A DNA stretch of 63,989 nucleotides, counting the filler, from Octopus bimaculoides (Eukaryota): NCBI RefSeq assembly GCF_001194135.2. It is 11 parts of 10 records of this genome, joined end to end, with 100 filler letters (N's around TTAATTAATTAA, not from the genome) between each part and the next. Parts side by side here need not be neighbours in the genome. Positions count along the whole stretch, not along the records: positions 11,007 to 27,225 come from NC_069006.1; positions 27,326 to 37,002 come from NC_068981.1; 9 more parts are not named here. One strand, 5' to 3'. A program made the position numbers and the translations under genes. Below, piece after piece: positions 24,135 to 36,651 of the stretch (the stretch's first letter is position 1; the number at the start of each line of letters is the position of its first letter). The notes beneath the pieces were generated by a model. That model had not been told where the DNA came from. It worked only from the letters and a program-made list of their open reading frames with translations, and did no database searches.

Positions 24135-24832
24135 CATTATTATTATTATTATTTTCATTAGCATCTTTTTTAATTGTTTCCATTTCTTGCCGAGTGTCTT
24201 CCTGACACCTAGAAATGTACTGTATGCGTTGGTAGGCCATTAAAATAAACACACCAGATTGTTCATTTACAAAGTCATGTGCTAGAGAAAAGAGGGAAGG
24301 AAGAGAGAGAGAGAAAGGAAAAATACAATATAAAAAAGTAAACAAATAAAATAAGTGGGAGGAAATTCACAGCGACAATGCTCTTTTCTATACGTGTGAC
24401 ATACCAGTTAAGACGATCTTTTGTACTTCCTGCATGGATGGTAAGCCAGAGATCATTCTTGAATAATTTTCAGTTCTTTTTTTGACCATTCCAAGTGCTT
24501 CTACAATCACTGGTATTGTAACCGACTTGAGATGCCACATACTTTCGATTTCGATTAGCAAATCTTTATATCTTTTGAGCTTATTAAATTCTTTTTTATG
24601 GTCCCAAGGTATGATCTTGTCAATCAATAAACAGACTTTATTGTTTTGGTCTTTCACAACAATATCTTGTTTATTTGCTTTTATGGTCCGTTCTGAACAT
24701 ACTGGGAAGTCCCAAAGAATAGATAAATTTTCTCCCTCAGTTACAGCCTCAGGGTGGTACTTGTACCATTTGTCAGCAGTTTTGATTTTGTAATGCCGAC
24801 GCATTATCCAGTGTAGATATTGGCCAACTCTG

Positions 24833-25900
24833 GGATCTTTTCCTTTTGATCGGTAGGTCGATAAATTAATTTTTTTAAACTAAACACTTTCAAACTTCGG
24901 ACACTGGTAGAATGTGTCATTTAGAACATCTTTTACTCTTAGCGTTGTTGAGAAAAGTTTCTATTTACGAAGTTATTTCGTGCTAAAGTTGTATTTTGGT
25001 AATTTCAACCAACCAATGACGTGTATTCAGCTGAATAAAATTACTACCGTTGTTTGTCAACAACAACTTCCGGCAGTGTATATTTCGTTTGTCACTGTTA
25101 TTTATGACATCGTTCGTGCGTTTGTACTGGTTTTAGGTTTAGGGTTTTAGAGTTAGGGTTACGGTTACGGTTTTAGGGTTAGGGTTACGGTTTTAGGGTT
25201 AGGGTTAAGGTATTAGGGTTAGGGTTAGGGTTAGGGTTAGGGTTAGGGTTTTATGATTAGAGTTACGGAAANNNNNNNNNNNNNNNNNNNNNNNNNNNNN
25301 NNNNNNNNNNNNNNNNNNNNNNNNNNNNNNNNNNNNNNNNNNNNNNNNNNNNNNNNNNNNNNNNNNNNNNNNNNNNNNNNNNNNNNNNNNNNNNNNNNNN
25401 NNNNNNNNNNNNNNNNNNNNNNNNNNNTGGCAAAAAAAAAATTTTTTAACAATAATTTGCGAGAAAATGGGGAGGGAGAAAGTCTTTCCGAAAATAGTAG
25501 CTGAAAGAGAGAAAAAAACCTAAAAGCAGTAGAAATGCACGAACGATTACGGTGGTGCCGTGAAGTAAACGTGCTTCAGATACACTCGTTTATTCATACG
25601 AACGTGACTGTAATGAAATATGTCATAAATAACAGTGACAAACGAAATATACACCGCCGGAAGTTGTTGTTGACAAACAACAGCAGTAACTTTATTCAAC
25701 TCATTAGACGTCATTGATTGGTTGAAATTACGAAAATACAACAATTTTAACATGAAATAACTTCGAAAATACAAACTTTTCTCAACAACGCTAAGAGTAA
25801 AAGATGTTTTATATGATACATTCTACCAGTGTCTCAAGTTTGAAAATGTTTAGTTTAAAATAATTAATTTATCGACTTGCCGATCAAAAGGAAAAGATCC
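24833..25900. mobile_element. Non-autonomous DNA transposon with ~280-bp TIRs and an 8-bp TSD (Merlin- or MULE-like)
   Basis: TIRs 24833-25113 and 25617-25900 begin GGATCTTTTCCTTTTGATCGG. A perfect TSD, CAACTCTG, lies at 24825-24832 and 25901-25908. No ORF in the sequenced interior. Confidence 0.92.
25128..25270. repeat. Interstitial telomere-like (TTAGGG)n array with variants
   Basis: Perfect TTAGGG run near 25215-25250 with TTACGG and TTTTAGGG variants; it continues into a gap. Confidence 0.92.
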
Positions 25901-26440
25901 CAACTCTGTCATGTCTTGATTTGTACTCTACAAGTGCTAAAACCTTACATCCAGAGATTAGGTGGCCCACTGTTTCTATCCCATCGTTGCAGTATCAACA
26001 CTTTGGGTCGACTCCATTTTTCATCACATTGGCTTGATAGTTCCGGGTCAATAAGCTCTGATCTTGGGCAGCCAAGATAAAGCCTTCATTCTCTGCCTTT
26101 AGCCCTGAGCTCCGTGGCCACTAATGGGTGTGCTTCGGGTCTACATCAGCTTGTTTGCTACAGACCACATATTTGCCATGCAGAGATTTTTGTTCCCACC
26201 TATCAGCCAATTCTTAAAATGCATTTTGCTTTGCTATTAATTTCACCTTCTTTGCAACTACATTTTTTGCTGCACTTCCATCATGCTGTTCAACTTCGGT
26301 ATTAAGAATAAACTCATTTGAAACTTTTTTGCTCTCCTTTACACCAAAATGAAGCTTCTTACGGCTTTCGTGGTTTTCAACGAGCTTTAACATCCAGTCA
26401 TTAGATGTTTCAAGATATTTTGCCAGTCCAGTTGTGGTGA

Positions 26441-26514
<74 letters not shown>

Positions 26515-26611
26515 TGTCTATTATGAAAGACTCTCGGATAGTCCTTAATTACCGGTTTTTCTTTACTTGAAATCTGGCAACAACAAATCACCAAGGGTTT
26601 GAAGTAGTGCC

Positions 26612-26732
<121 letters not shown>

Positions 26733-26846
26733 CAAATCAAAATTAAAAAAAGAGTGCCATTGTTATCTAGTGAACGATATTTCGACATCTTGTATGTCTT
26801 CAACAGGCTCAAAAAATAAATTTGTCAATTTACTTCATTTTGGTTA

Positions 26847-26946
<100 letters not shown>

Positions 26947-27123
26947 CATCATTATTATTATTATCTATTTATTTATTTATTCATCTAGTTCATCATGTAC
27001 AAGGATCTGGGTATTCATCATTATTTTATTTATTTTAATCGATTTTATAAAAGCTGAAGCATGACTTTAACTATTACGGAGAGTATCGAACTTATTTCAT
27101 GCGTGACTTTTGGTCCACCGTGT

Positions 27124-27168
<45 letters not shown>

Positions 27169-27599
27169 GTAAGGCATTTGATATACCAGTATATGTCTAC
27201 GTTCATGAACATATATATATATATANNNNNNNNNNNNNNNNNNNNNNNNNNNNNNNNNNNNNNNNNNNNTTAATTAATTAANNNNNNNNNNNNNNNNNNN
27301 NNNNNNNNNNNNNNNNNNNNNNNNNACACTCCACCCATGCCTTCCCCACTCTCACCTCCCCCACCTTCGCCTTCACCACCTCCCACCTCCCACCTCCCAA
27401 CACTCTCACATCACACCACGCTACACCATATCACACAACACATCACTTCACAACACACTAGCACTGACCAACTCCCTTCCCCACCTTCACACCTACATAC
27501 TTTAAGATCACCAGCATTCTCTCACACACATAGCTTCTCGTCTTGGGTTCACCACTTCTTTGTTATCTCCCCTTTGTTATCTCTCCTTTTTCTTAGCTC

Positions 27600-27830
27600 T
27601 CCTATGTGATCCTTCTGTCCGGCATTTGCCATGATAGATCGCTGACCACTACATTTATATTTTTTTTCTCCTTGTTTCTCTCCTTATTTCTTTCTGTGTT
27701 CCTTTCAGTTGAAGAGCGTAGCTCGAAACGTCAAAGACTTTCTCTATTCCTGAACGTTAAACTAATACATTCGTTTGTTGTTTACACCACCTGTCTTCGT
27801 CTGTTGTTTTTTTGTAAATTCTCCCATATA
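27600..27830 (+). mobile_element. Putative Penelope pseudo-LTR with a minimal hammerhead-like motif
   Basis: TTGAAGA-G-CGTAGCT-C-GAAAC-GTC-AAAGA at 27709-27737, followed by a pyrimidine-rich tail ending at (TA)n. Confidence 0.5.
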
Positions 27831-28096
27831 TATATATGTGCACTTACACACACGCACATATTATAGATGTGAGTTTGGAGGGATACTGTGGTTGCTTTCA
27901 GTGATGTTCCAGGTTATGGCTAACCGCATTAATCAATATTTAACATTTATGACTACTGTTAGTTGTCATTCATTCTGGAAATTCCTCTGATTCCGTTTGC
28001 TTCACTGGATGGTAATATTGTCTGTGGTATATGTTAGCAATAAATTATAATGATATAGAACATGGAAATTTGTTCAGCCTTAAAATTTATTTCCTC

Positions 28097-28374
28097 TTGC
28101 TATGTACGTCTATTTCTCTATGCCCTGTAGCAGATATGACTGAAAGCCACCACTTCACTGTTGTTCTACATTTCCTATCTCAACTTTCTTGCATAAGATT
28201 ACTTCAACTAGCTTCTACAGTTTGATTCCATATTTCTTCATCGAAAGAATAGAATATATTTTTATGTAGTAAATGTATAGATCTTGTATTTAATCTTTCT
28301 TCTCTGTATGAACTCTTATGATAACATACTTGCAGCTACATCAACACATTGTACCATCTATATATTTCTCTACA
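28097..28374 (+). repeat. 5' LTR (5'-truncated)
   Basis: Aligns with 32617-32662 plus 32948-33198 and ends CTACA. The upstream ~230 bp of the LTR are missing. Confidence 0.85.
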
Positions 28375-28499
28375 TTAATTGGTGACCATCTGACATGGGG
28401 ACCCTTTGATTACTACACGGCATATTTGGTTATATTCCACTACTCTCCATGTCACAATTTTCTTCAACTCAAGCAAATGGTGATATCTGCCATGAATCA

Positions 28500-29043
28500 T
28501 TCTGTATTGCCAATTTTCACAGGAGATTTTGTTGTCTGGTTTGCCCAGTTTGGAAGCATTTTACTCCACAAACAAGCACAATTCAGACCATTTTTACTTA
28601 GTTCTATACCATCATCATTAACTGGAAAATTGCAAGATATTATTACAGCTCCACTGAGAGATGCAATGTATTCTTCAATCAAAGAGAAAATTTTAAGACG
28701 AACTTTGCTTTCTTCTGAAAAGAAGTTTCAAAAACTTCTTAATGACAAACATTTAGGAGACCTAACACCATTACAGATGCTCAGAAAAATGCAGCAATTC
28801 ATAGAGGACAACCCTTCTGAAAGTAAGTTGCTTAAACAACTCCTTTTCTACAGATTACCACAGCACGTTCAAGGTATTCTCACCCATTTGATTGATGCTA
28901 GCACAGTCAACCGACTTGCAGTGTTGGCAGATTTTGGAGTATACAAAATCCACTCCAGAACAGAACAATTCTCCTTTGCAACTGTGCTGCAGTTTCTTCT
29001 GAATTTAAGGAATTTTGTGAACCTACACAGAAGAAGACTATAG
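28500..29043 (+). pseudogene. Gypsy gag remnant
   Basis: LPIFTGDFVVWFAQF..YSSIKEKILRR..KLLNDKHLGDLTPLQMLRKM..LLKQLLFYRLPQHVQGIL matches the invertebrate Gypsy gag pattern WFAQ.E..LL..E.LGDR.PSQLLR.M..LFL.RLP..VQ.IL. Confidence 0.85.
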
Positions 29044-29249
29044 GCAAGCTAGTCACAGAAGTTCGTCTCTTGCGTATTAATAGAAGTTCGTCACCATGTC
29101 GTTTTTGTCATCCTAATTCCCGTTCTCCAAGCAGATCAAGACCTTTCTGATAGTATCATTATAAATTTGGTTTTGCAGCTAAGAAATGTAATTCATTTCA
29201 TACATTTAAAAGTCAGTAAAACTCAAAAGCCAAACTGTGTGTGTGACCA

Positions 29250-32160
29250 CAGTTCCTGGTGCATTTTCTCCTAGCCACGCATTTTTCATACTAGATTTCG
29301 AGTCTAAGAAGGAATTTCTATCCTATTTGGAATTGTCCTGCAGTATCTGGCCATCTAAATTTGTTTTAGAAAAACTTTTCGCTTCTGACATATCTCTTCA
29401 AGCAGTCAACAGCTCTCCTATTAAAACTGTTGGTGAGATTTCGCTCACTGTGGACCTGAATCTCAGATGAAGTTTCCAGTAAGTTTTCATCATTACTGAC
29501 CTTCCTCACCTGATTTTAGGAGCTGATTTTCTTTATCATTTTTCGATGTTAGTGGATGTCAGAAGAAAGAGACTTATTGATAGCAGTACACAATTGTGCA
29601 CTTTAAGAAGACATTTCAATTCCACTTCTGTTTGCCCATTATTTTTTTATTGCAGCTGAATAAGACAAATATTAAGCCTTGCTTCAATCCTATCCTGAGT
29701 TAACAAATTTAACTTTTGATAGTAATACTTCAACTCATACAACTACTCGTCATATAACCACCAGTGGATGTCCTATTTTCTCGCATCCTACATGTTTGCC
29801 ACCTGAAAAATTCAAAGCTGCTAAAGTAGAGTTCAGCCACATGCTCCAGCTTGGAATAATTTGTCCTTCAAAGAGTAGCTGGTTATCACCACTTCATTTA
29901 GGGAAAAAGAAATTTGGTGATTTTAGACCTAATAGTAACTATAGAAGACTCAACGCTATTACCACTCCATATAGGTATCCCATACGACATCTACAAGATT
30001 TTACATCTTCTCTGCATGATTGCACTATTTTCACAAAAATAGATCTGATATAAGCATACCATCAAATTCCTGTAAACCAAAATGATATTCCAAAAACAGC
30101 TATTGCAGCTCCATTTGGGTCATTTGAATTTCTTACCATGCCCTTTGGGTTGAAGAATACTGCCAGTACTTTTCAACATTTCATTGATGGAGCAACATAT
30201 GGGTCAGGTTTTGTCTATGCCTATATTGATGATCTCATCACTAGTCCTTTCGAGAAAGAACATGAAATTCATTTGAAGCAACTTTTTGAAAGGCTTTCTG
30301 AATACAGAATTCATATCAACACTACCAAATGTATTTTCGGTATGCCTTCTCTCACTTTCCTTGGACACACCATTGATAATGATGGAATTAGGCCCTTGCC
30401 AGAGAAGGTTGAGACGATCGTAAAATTTCCAGTTCCTACTTTATTAAGACAGCTCAGGCAATTTCTTAAATTAGCTAATTTCTATCAACGTTTTATACCT
30501 CATTGTGCTGAAACTTTATACCCTCTCAACAAATTGCTGCAACACTGCAAGAAGAAAACAGAAAAGATCACTAACTCCTGCTGAACTACAAGCTTTCGAC
30601 AATGTTAAACAAAAACTCTTTCATGTCTCCTTGTTGACTCTCCCCATTCCTGATGCTGAAATTTCTCTTGTAGTTGGCACATCCGAAGTTGGCATTGGTG
30701 CAGTCATTCAACAATTTCACCATAGCGAATGGCAACATCTGGCGTTTTTCTCTAAACAGTTAAAACCAGCTGAATCTAAATTTGTGCATTCAGTCATGAA
30801 CTGTTAGCTATTTACCTCTCAGTTGAACACATTTTGGAAGGTAGAAACTTCACAATTTCTCTGGACCATAAGCTGTTATCTTTTGCTTTACACTGCAAGC
30901 CAAATAAATTTTCTCTGAGTGACATTCAGCATTTGGATTACATTTCACAATTCACGAATGATATCCACACATTCCAGGTTCTGAAAACATTGTTGCAGAT
31001 TCTTTATCCTGTTTACCTGTTAATACGCTATTTTCAACTGAAGAAATTAACAACCAGAATTAATTCCTTTCAACCAGCAATTTTTCCCAGTTGTGACATC
31101 AAACAAACAGATCCTTTGCGATATTTCTTCTGGTAAACCTTGACCATTAGTTCCTGAAAAGCATCACTGTATCGTTTTCTCAGCACTACACAATATTTCA
31201 CATCCTGGTATAACAGCAACATTGAAGCTTATTTCAGCTCGTTTTGTTTGGCTGAGCATGTGTCGAGACATAGCTAATTGGATTTGTACCTATGTCGATT
31301 GCCAAAGATCCAAGCTACATAAACATATCTGTGCGCCATTAAGTACTTCCTCCATTCCATATGCACGATTCCAGTACATACATGTTGATAAAGTAGGACC
31401 TTGTCCTGCGAGTCAGGACTACATGTTTTTATTAACCTGTATCGACTGTTTTTCCCACTGGCTAGAAGACATTCCACTCACAGACATCTCTTCTCTAACT
31501 GTGGCACAAGCTTTAGTCACAAAATAGATTTCTCCTTTTGGAACACCTGTAACAATAATAGCAGACTGTGGATGTCAATTTGAAGCTAAGCTTTTCCAGG
31601 AGCTTACCGAGATTTTAGGAAGTGAACACAGCCATTCATTCCACCAGTTACCACCCAGCTTCGAATGGTTTGATTGAAAGATTTCACCAACAGCTGAAAG
31701 CTGCACTGTCTGCTTCTGCTGATTCTTGATGGATTGAATTTCTTATTGTTTTCTTGGGTCTCCACTCTTCTATCAAAGAAGATATTGGATATTCTCCTGC
31801 AGGATCACTTTATGGTTCTTCGTTGATGCTGCCTGGTCAGATAATTGTTCCTGTAGACACGCAAGATATTGACACTACAAGTTTTGTTGAACGCTTGCAT
31901 GACTATATGTCAAAGTTATCACATATGAACGCCAGAAAACAAGACATTAAAACATATTTACATAAGGACTATCCTTCCTGGACTCATGTTTTTGTCTGCA
32001 ATGATGCCGTTAAACATCCATTAACAGCACCGTATGCAGAACCTTTCTGTGTGCTTTCTTACACAGGTAAAGTTTTCACCTTAGACCTTAATGGTCATAT
32101 AAACACTATTTCTGTTGATAGACTAAAAAGGGCTCACATAGAAAAAACTATTTCCACCCC
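29250..32160 (+). pseudogene. Gypsy pol remnant (protease, RT, RNase H, integrase)
   Basis: ILGADFL; SSWLSPLHL; YRRLNAITTPYRYPI; FTKIDLI*AYHQIP; MPFGLKNTASTFQ; YAYIDDLI; LAFFSKQL; HPGI..C..CQRSK; HVDKVGP; TCIDCFSHWLE; LTAPYAEPF. Confidence 0.93.
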
Positions 32161-32381
32161 CACTACAGACAACAAACACACACACAGCACTACAAACATG
32201 ACCTTTACACCCACTGTCACATACTATGACTGCCAGAAGTGATAGATATGCATTGGCCTAAAAATTTAATAAACATTTATTACATTTGAACTGTGACATT
32301 GTTTCTATGTTTTGACATTTTATGATGTATACATTTTTGCTACTTTCATTATTGTATACTGTTACCTCTGCTTGGGGTATG

Positions 32382-32677
32382 TGTAGTAGTAGATAGATAG
32401 TTGAATGATTTCATTGCAAGAAAGATCATAAAGTAACCTCCCTATTCTGAGTTTCTCAAACCATCATTGTCACAAAACGTGATTCTTAATTATTCAAGAA
32501 GCTTGGTATTTCTCTTGGAAGTTTCTAGAATGTCTAGTGTTCCATTATTAAAAACAGCTTGCCAACCTGGCTTTTTGCTTCTTAGTCAATTAGACTTACA
32601 GCTGTTCACATCGTTGCTATGTACATCTATTTCTCTATGCCCCAAAGCCGATATGACTGAAAGTATGGTATACATGT

Positions 32678-32730
<53 letters not shown>

Positions 32731-33198
32731 TAAATATGTGTATGTGTATGTGTGGGAGTATGTATGTGCTTGTGTATATTTGTATACATGCATGTACTTG
32801 GATATACAGTGGTGCCATTTAATTTAAGGACGCTGGTATACTAATGTTAAAATGGCATTTTTTTATATATTCAAGTTGTAAATTGTGAAATAAGATGTGC
32901 ATCAAAATACAGAAAATTTCATGAGCTTTAGTATGGTATGGTATACAACACTTCGCTGTTGTTCTACATTTCCTATCTCTGAACTTTTCTGCATAAGATT
33001 ACTTCATCTAGCTTCTACAATTTGATTCCATCAATTTGATTCCATCAATTTGATTCCATCATCGAAAGAAAAATAGAACATATTTTTATGTAGTATATGT
33101 ATAGATCCTGTATTTATTCTTTCATCTCTTTATGAACTCTTGTGATAACATACATGCAGCCACATCAACACATTGTACCATCTATATATTTCACTACA
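32382..33198 (+). repeat. 3' LTR carrying a ~273-bp insertion
   Basis: TGTAG...CTACA inverted termini. The insertion lies between GTATGGTATACA direct repeats. Confidence 0.85.
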
Positions 33199-33363
33199 AG
33201 TGTAATATTTTTAGTTATACATTTTCCTGGCTGTCTTGTTTATGTTTTGCAGTATACATTGGATAGAATATGTGCTTGGTTTGTTAAGGAGGGCCATGAA
33301 TTTTTTCGATTTAGGATATGTTCTATCCTTCCTATCACATTCAACTGTGGGTGTGACATTGTG

Positions 33364-34345
33364 TTATCTAGAACTTTCTTCAAATTTCTTAAATGTTTTA
33401 TTGTGTTTTTGTAAGCACTTTAAAGACTGTTCAAACCTGGTATTAAGTAATTTGTTTTGCAATGTAAATATTGGGTATAATTCTTCCATACAGAAGTCAC
33501 ATCTACTTCCTCCTGCCCAACATGGTTTAGCTCTACTGATTATTTCCCACTCCATAGTATAGCTATGGTTCCTGTCCTTAATTGACCAGACTTGTTTGTT
33601 TAGACTTGTACTATTCATATTTTTTCTATCCCTAAAAGCATTTAAGCAATTAGCTAGCCTTCTCTTGAAATTTAGAGTGCTTGCCTCTATATAGAAGTAT
33701 GTCCTTCTCTCAGAAGTGATTTTGCATCTATAGACCCAGTTCTTCATCAAACATCTGAAGCCTAATGGGCATATTGCACACCTAGCACAGTTGCAGAGAC
33801 CTTATTCCTTGTTTCTATTATTGTGTTATGGCTACTGCTAGATGTTTCTGTTGTCCTCATTTCTACCAGTCTAGTATTTTTTCTAAGCCGTCTATGCATA
33901 GACGTTTTTGTGCTGTTATTTCTTGTGGTTTATGCCTCCTGTCTTGTGAAGGTGTTGGTATGTGTTAGGGTTGTTTCCCTTTGAATGCTGGTTCTTAGAT
34001 TATTACCCTGTCTTGTTCCAGTGTGTTATTTTGGTGTTAGTGCCCTGTTCCCTTCCATTATTAACTGTTTCTACCCCTTCGTCAGGATTCGTATTATCAA
34101 TATTTCTCTTGATAGGTTCATTTTCCTTGTCCAGTGTACTATTTTCACTGGTCCTTTAGAAGTGGGATAGTTTTCTTGCATCGTGTGTTGCTATTATCTG
34201 TACTCGGTTATGGTTAGTGGAAAAGGTGAGTCGGACATTTTGTGTGTTGAATATTCTGTGGTATCGCTGTGTAAAACTGCTTTTGAATGCTGGACATTAT
34301 CTGTTTCCCAAATGGAGCATTATACCACAGAATAGTCCTGGAATT
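33364..34345 (-). mobile_element. Penelope-like element remnant (linker + GIY-YIG endonuclease)
   Basis: RTILWYNAPF, YHRIFNTQNVRLTFS..IIATHD, CNCARCAICPLGFRCLMKNWVYRC..YIEAST.NFKRR..WEIISRAKP..SRCDFCMEE..LLNTRFE..KC. Confidence 0.9.
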
Positions 34346-35213
34346 ACCATTAGTTTTGGTATTTTTAATTATTGTGTGGTTGTTAATGTTAGGGCCTTTC
34401 TTATTTCTGTGATGGCTGTCCTGGTGTGTAGAGCACTTGCTATTGTATTTCCTTGTGTTGTGTGTGTGTGTGTGTGCCTGGGGTGGTTTGCTCCATTTCT
34501 AATGTACTATGGCTTCTGCTATGATTTCGACTAGGTAGTTGCACACAAGAGATTCACTTGTGTTCGAATCTTTTTTTATTATCATCCAAGCTCTTTATTC
34601 TTTAGTTGTACCCTTTGTATTTGTTCCTCTCTGTTTTTATTGACTTCTTTATCCTTTTACAGAGGTTTACTAGGATTTTATGGTTATTTTTTTTGGTTAT
34701 ATATATCTGATCATGGGATGGTAGCACACTTAGAAATAGGTGAGAGATGGCAACAGAAGGGCATCTGAAAAAGTGGACATTAAAATGGTAGCAAAAATGG
34801 TGACAATGCCACTTTCACCTGTGTCAGTGAGTACTATAAAAGCATGATTATGACAATGTGAATTAGCACATTCAAAAAATATATAACAAGATATAATTGT
34901 GAATAGTCTCATGTTACAATTGAAATATACTTGGAATATTTATTTTGGATTATTCTGTAATCTTGCATGTTGATAATAGTGAAAACTCGACAGAAATGAA
35001 ACAATAAATCATGTTCAGTTGTATAGAATGGCATGTTTAACATGGGCTTCCTTAGTGGGGAGAGTTTTGTTGGTAAATCCTAAGACATTTTAATTGATTA
35101 AATCATTCAGATGCTATACAGCAGAAACTTGTCATAATAATTGGTTATTTCACTCTTCTGTTTTCAGTTTTATTGTTTTTTTTATTGTCTTTTTTAAAAT
35201 TTTCTTGCTACAG

Positions 35214-35425
35214 GCTTAAATGAAGCTGAAGTGATCAATAATTTCTTGTCCTCGCTACGAGTGATATATGATGAAATGGCAGTAGAAAGTTGGACTGATT
35301 TAGACAACCATTTCTACCCTCTCTTTGAAACCATCTCTACAATCTGGGCTGAATCAAAATTTTACAGCACTTCCTATCGGATGAAAGTTCTCTTGAAAGA
35401 AACATGCAACCTGATCATTAATTTG
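35214..35425 (+). CDS. Internal exon of an axonemal outer-arm dynein beta-type heavy chain (DNAH9/DNAH11/DNAH17 family), N-terminal DHC_N1 tail region
   Basis: Polypyrimidine tract plus CAG acceptor and GTATGT donor. The open frame (G)[70 protein letters not shown] aligns colinearly with the recalled DNAH17 segment [55 protein letters not shown]. The paralog cannot be resolved by eye. Confidence 0.88.
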
Positions 35426-35811
35426 GTATGTTGCCTGTAAATTCCTTTTAAAAGGATACGGCTTAAACTTTTTTGATTGTAAACAATTTTTCATGTTTTA
35501 TTTTCAAAGATTGGTCTAGAATTTATTAAAGAATATATTTTGTTTAAAATTAGTTTGCTACTGATACCTATCACTTTACTGATGGAAAAAAGGCAAAACA
35601 TTACTTTAAAATATTTTGTACATCTATGTAAAATGCTACCCTTAATATACAATACAAAGTATTTTTGAAAGAATTAGGAACTTCAGCTCTAATTTCATTT
35701 TCTGAATAATATATGTTCTATTAGTGCCTTTTAACTGGGTGAATTATTAAAATTTGGGTTGTCTTTCTCAGTGAAGACTTAAACATTTTTTAACACTGTT
35801 AAAGAAAAAGT

Positions 35812-35870
35812 TTTTATTTTTAAAAATATTTTATTTTTAAAAATATTTTATTTTTAAAAATATTTTATTT
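35812..35870. repeat. 17-bp tandem repeat TTTTATTTTTAAAAATA x~3.5
   Basis: Read directly. Confidence 0.9.
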
Positions 35871-35999
35871 CCTATTCTGCAAATCAATATATACATCCTA
35901 CAATATTTACATTTTCTACATAAACAAGTTCCAAGTCAAAGTTCTGTATTCATATCATAATGTACCTTTCTAACTGTACAGTTGAATTCTCTTTGATCT

Positions 36000-36630
36000 A
36001 CAAATATTTTCAGGATTGTTTGTTCATCTACTCAGCTGAGAGCAACGTGATATTTTCCTTGTGTAGATACTGAGTCCGATTCTATAATATACACATCTTC
36101 AAAGTTGACTCTTATTTATCAAAATAAAAGCAGGTCCTATGTGAAATTGTGATAATTTTAGAGTGAATGATAAATTGGTAACAAATTGTTGAAGAGAAAT
36201 CTGGAGAATATTTAGTACCATTCCAGCTTTAATGCTTTTAACAGTCATGAAATTGTCATTAGCATTGAGTACCACTGCAGTGGTACATTTACTACAGTCT
36301 AAGTTTTGGAGAAGCATTATACTGGGGCTCATATCTTGATTTTGATGATGTGAGGAAGGAGAGAACAACTTTCTCTTTTTCCTCTGAGTTTACATAAAGA
36401 AGAGTAATCAAATCTCCATGAAGATTATTCATAATCTCATCATTTAGTTGATCAACTTTGTCCTTATTTGTTAGAATAGATCTTGAAGAGTATTGTTCAT
36501 TTTTGTAGTGTGTTGCTAGATCTATATAAACAAATTGAACCATGTCTCCCTTGGAATTCAATGTTGCAAAGGGCATAATCAAATAATATCTGGAAAAGTG
36601 TGTCAATATTAACAATATTTGCAATCCTTT
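36000..36630 (-). pseudogene. Helitron PIF1-like helicase C-terminal remnant
   Basis: SILTNKDKVDQLNDEIMNNLHG, SIMLLQNLD, LSFTLKLSQFHIGPAFILINKSQ and GKYHVALS*V correspond to ILAPKN..V..IN, PIMLLRNLD, LPF..KR.QFP...AFA.TINKSQG and GQLYVALSRV. Confidence 0.8.
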
Positions 36631-36651
36631 CTTTGTCCATTTTATATCCTA

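Larger units (their letters stand above)
24370..26435 (-). mobile_element. R4/Dong-like LINE fragment interrupted by a TIR element
   Basis: Removing 24833-25908 restores ..C*YCNDGIETVGHLISGCKVLALVEYKSRHDRVG|QYLHWIMRRHY..ILWDFPV..KANKQDIVVKD..LLIDKIIP..IPVIVEALG. Confidence 0.9.
28097..33198 (+). mobile_element. Ty3/Gypsy LTR retrotransposon, near full-length but decayed
   Basis: Two homologous LTRs, PBS-like TGGTGACC at 28380, and gag-PR-RT-RH-IN order (Gypsy-type). A degraded PPT precedes the 3' LTR. Many stops and frameshifts. Confidence 0.95.
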
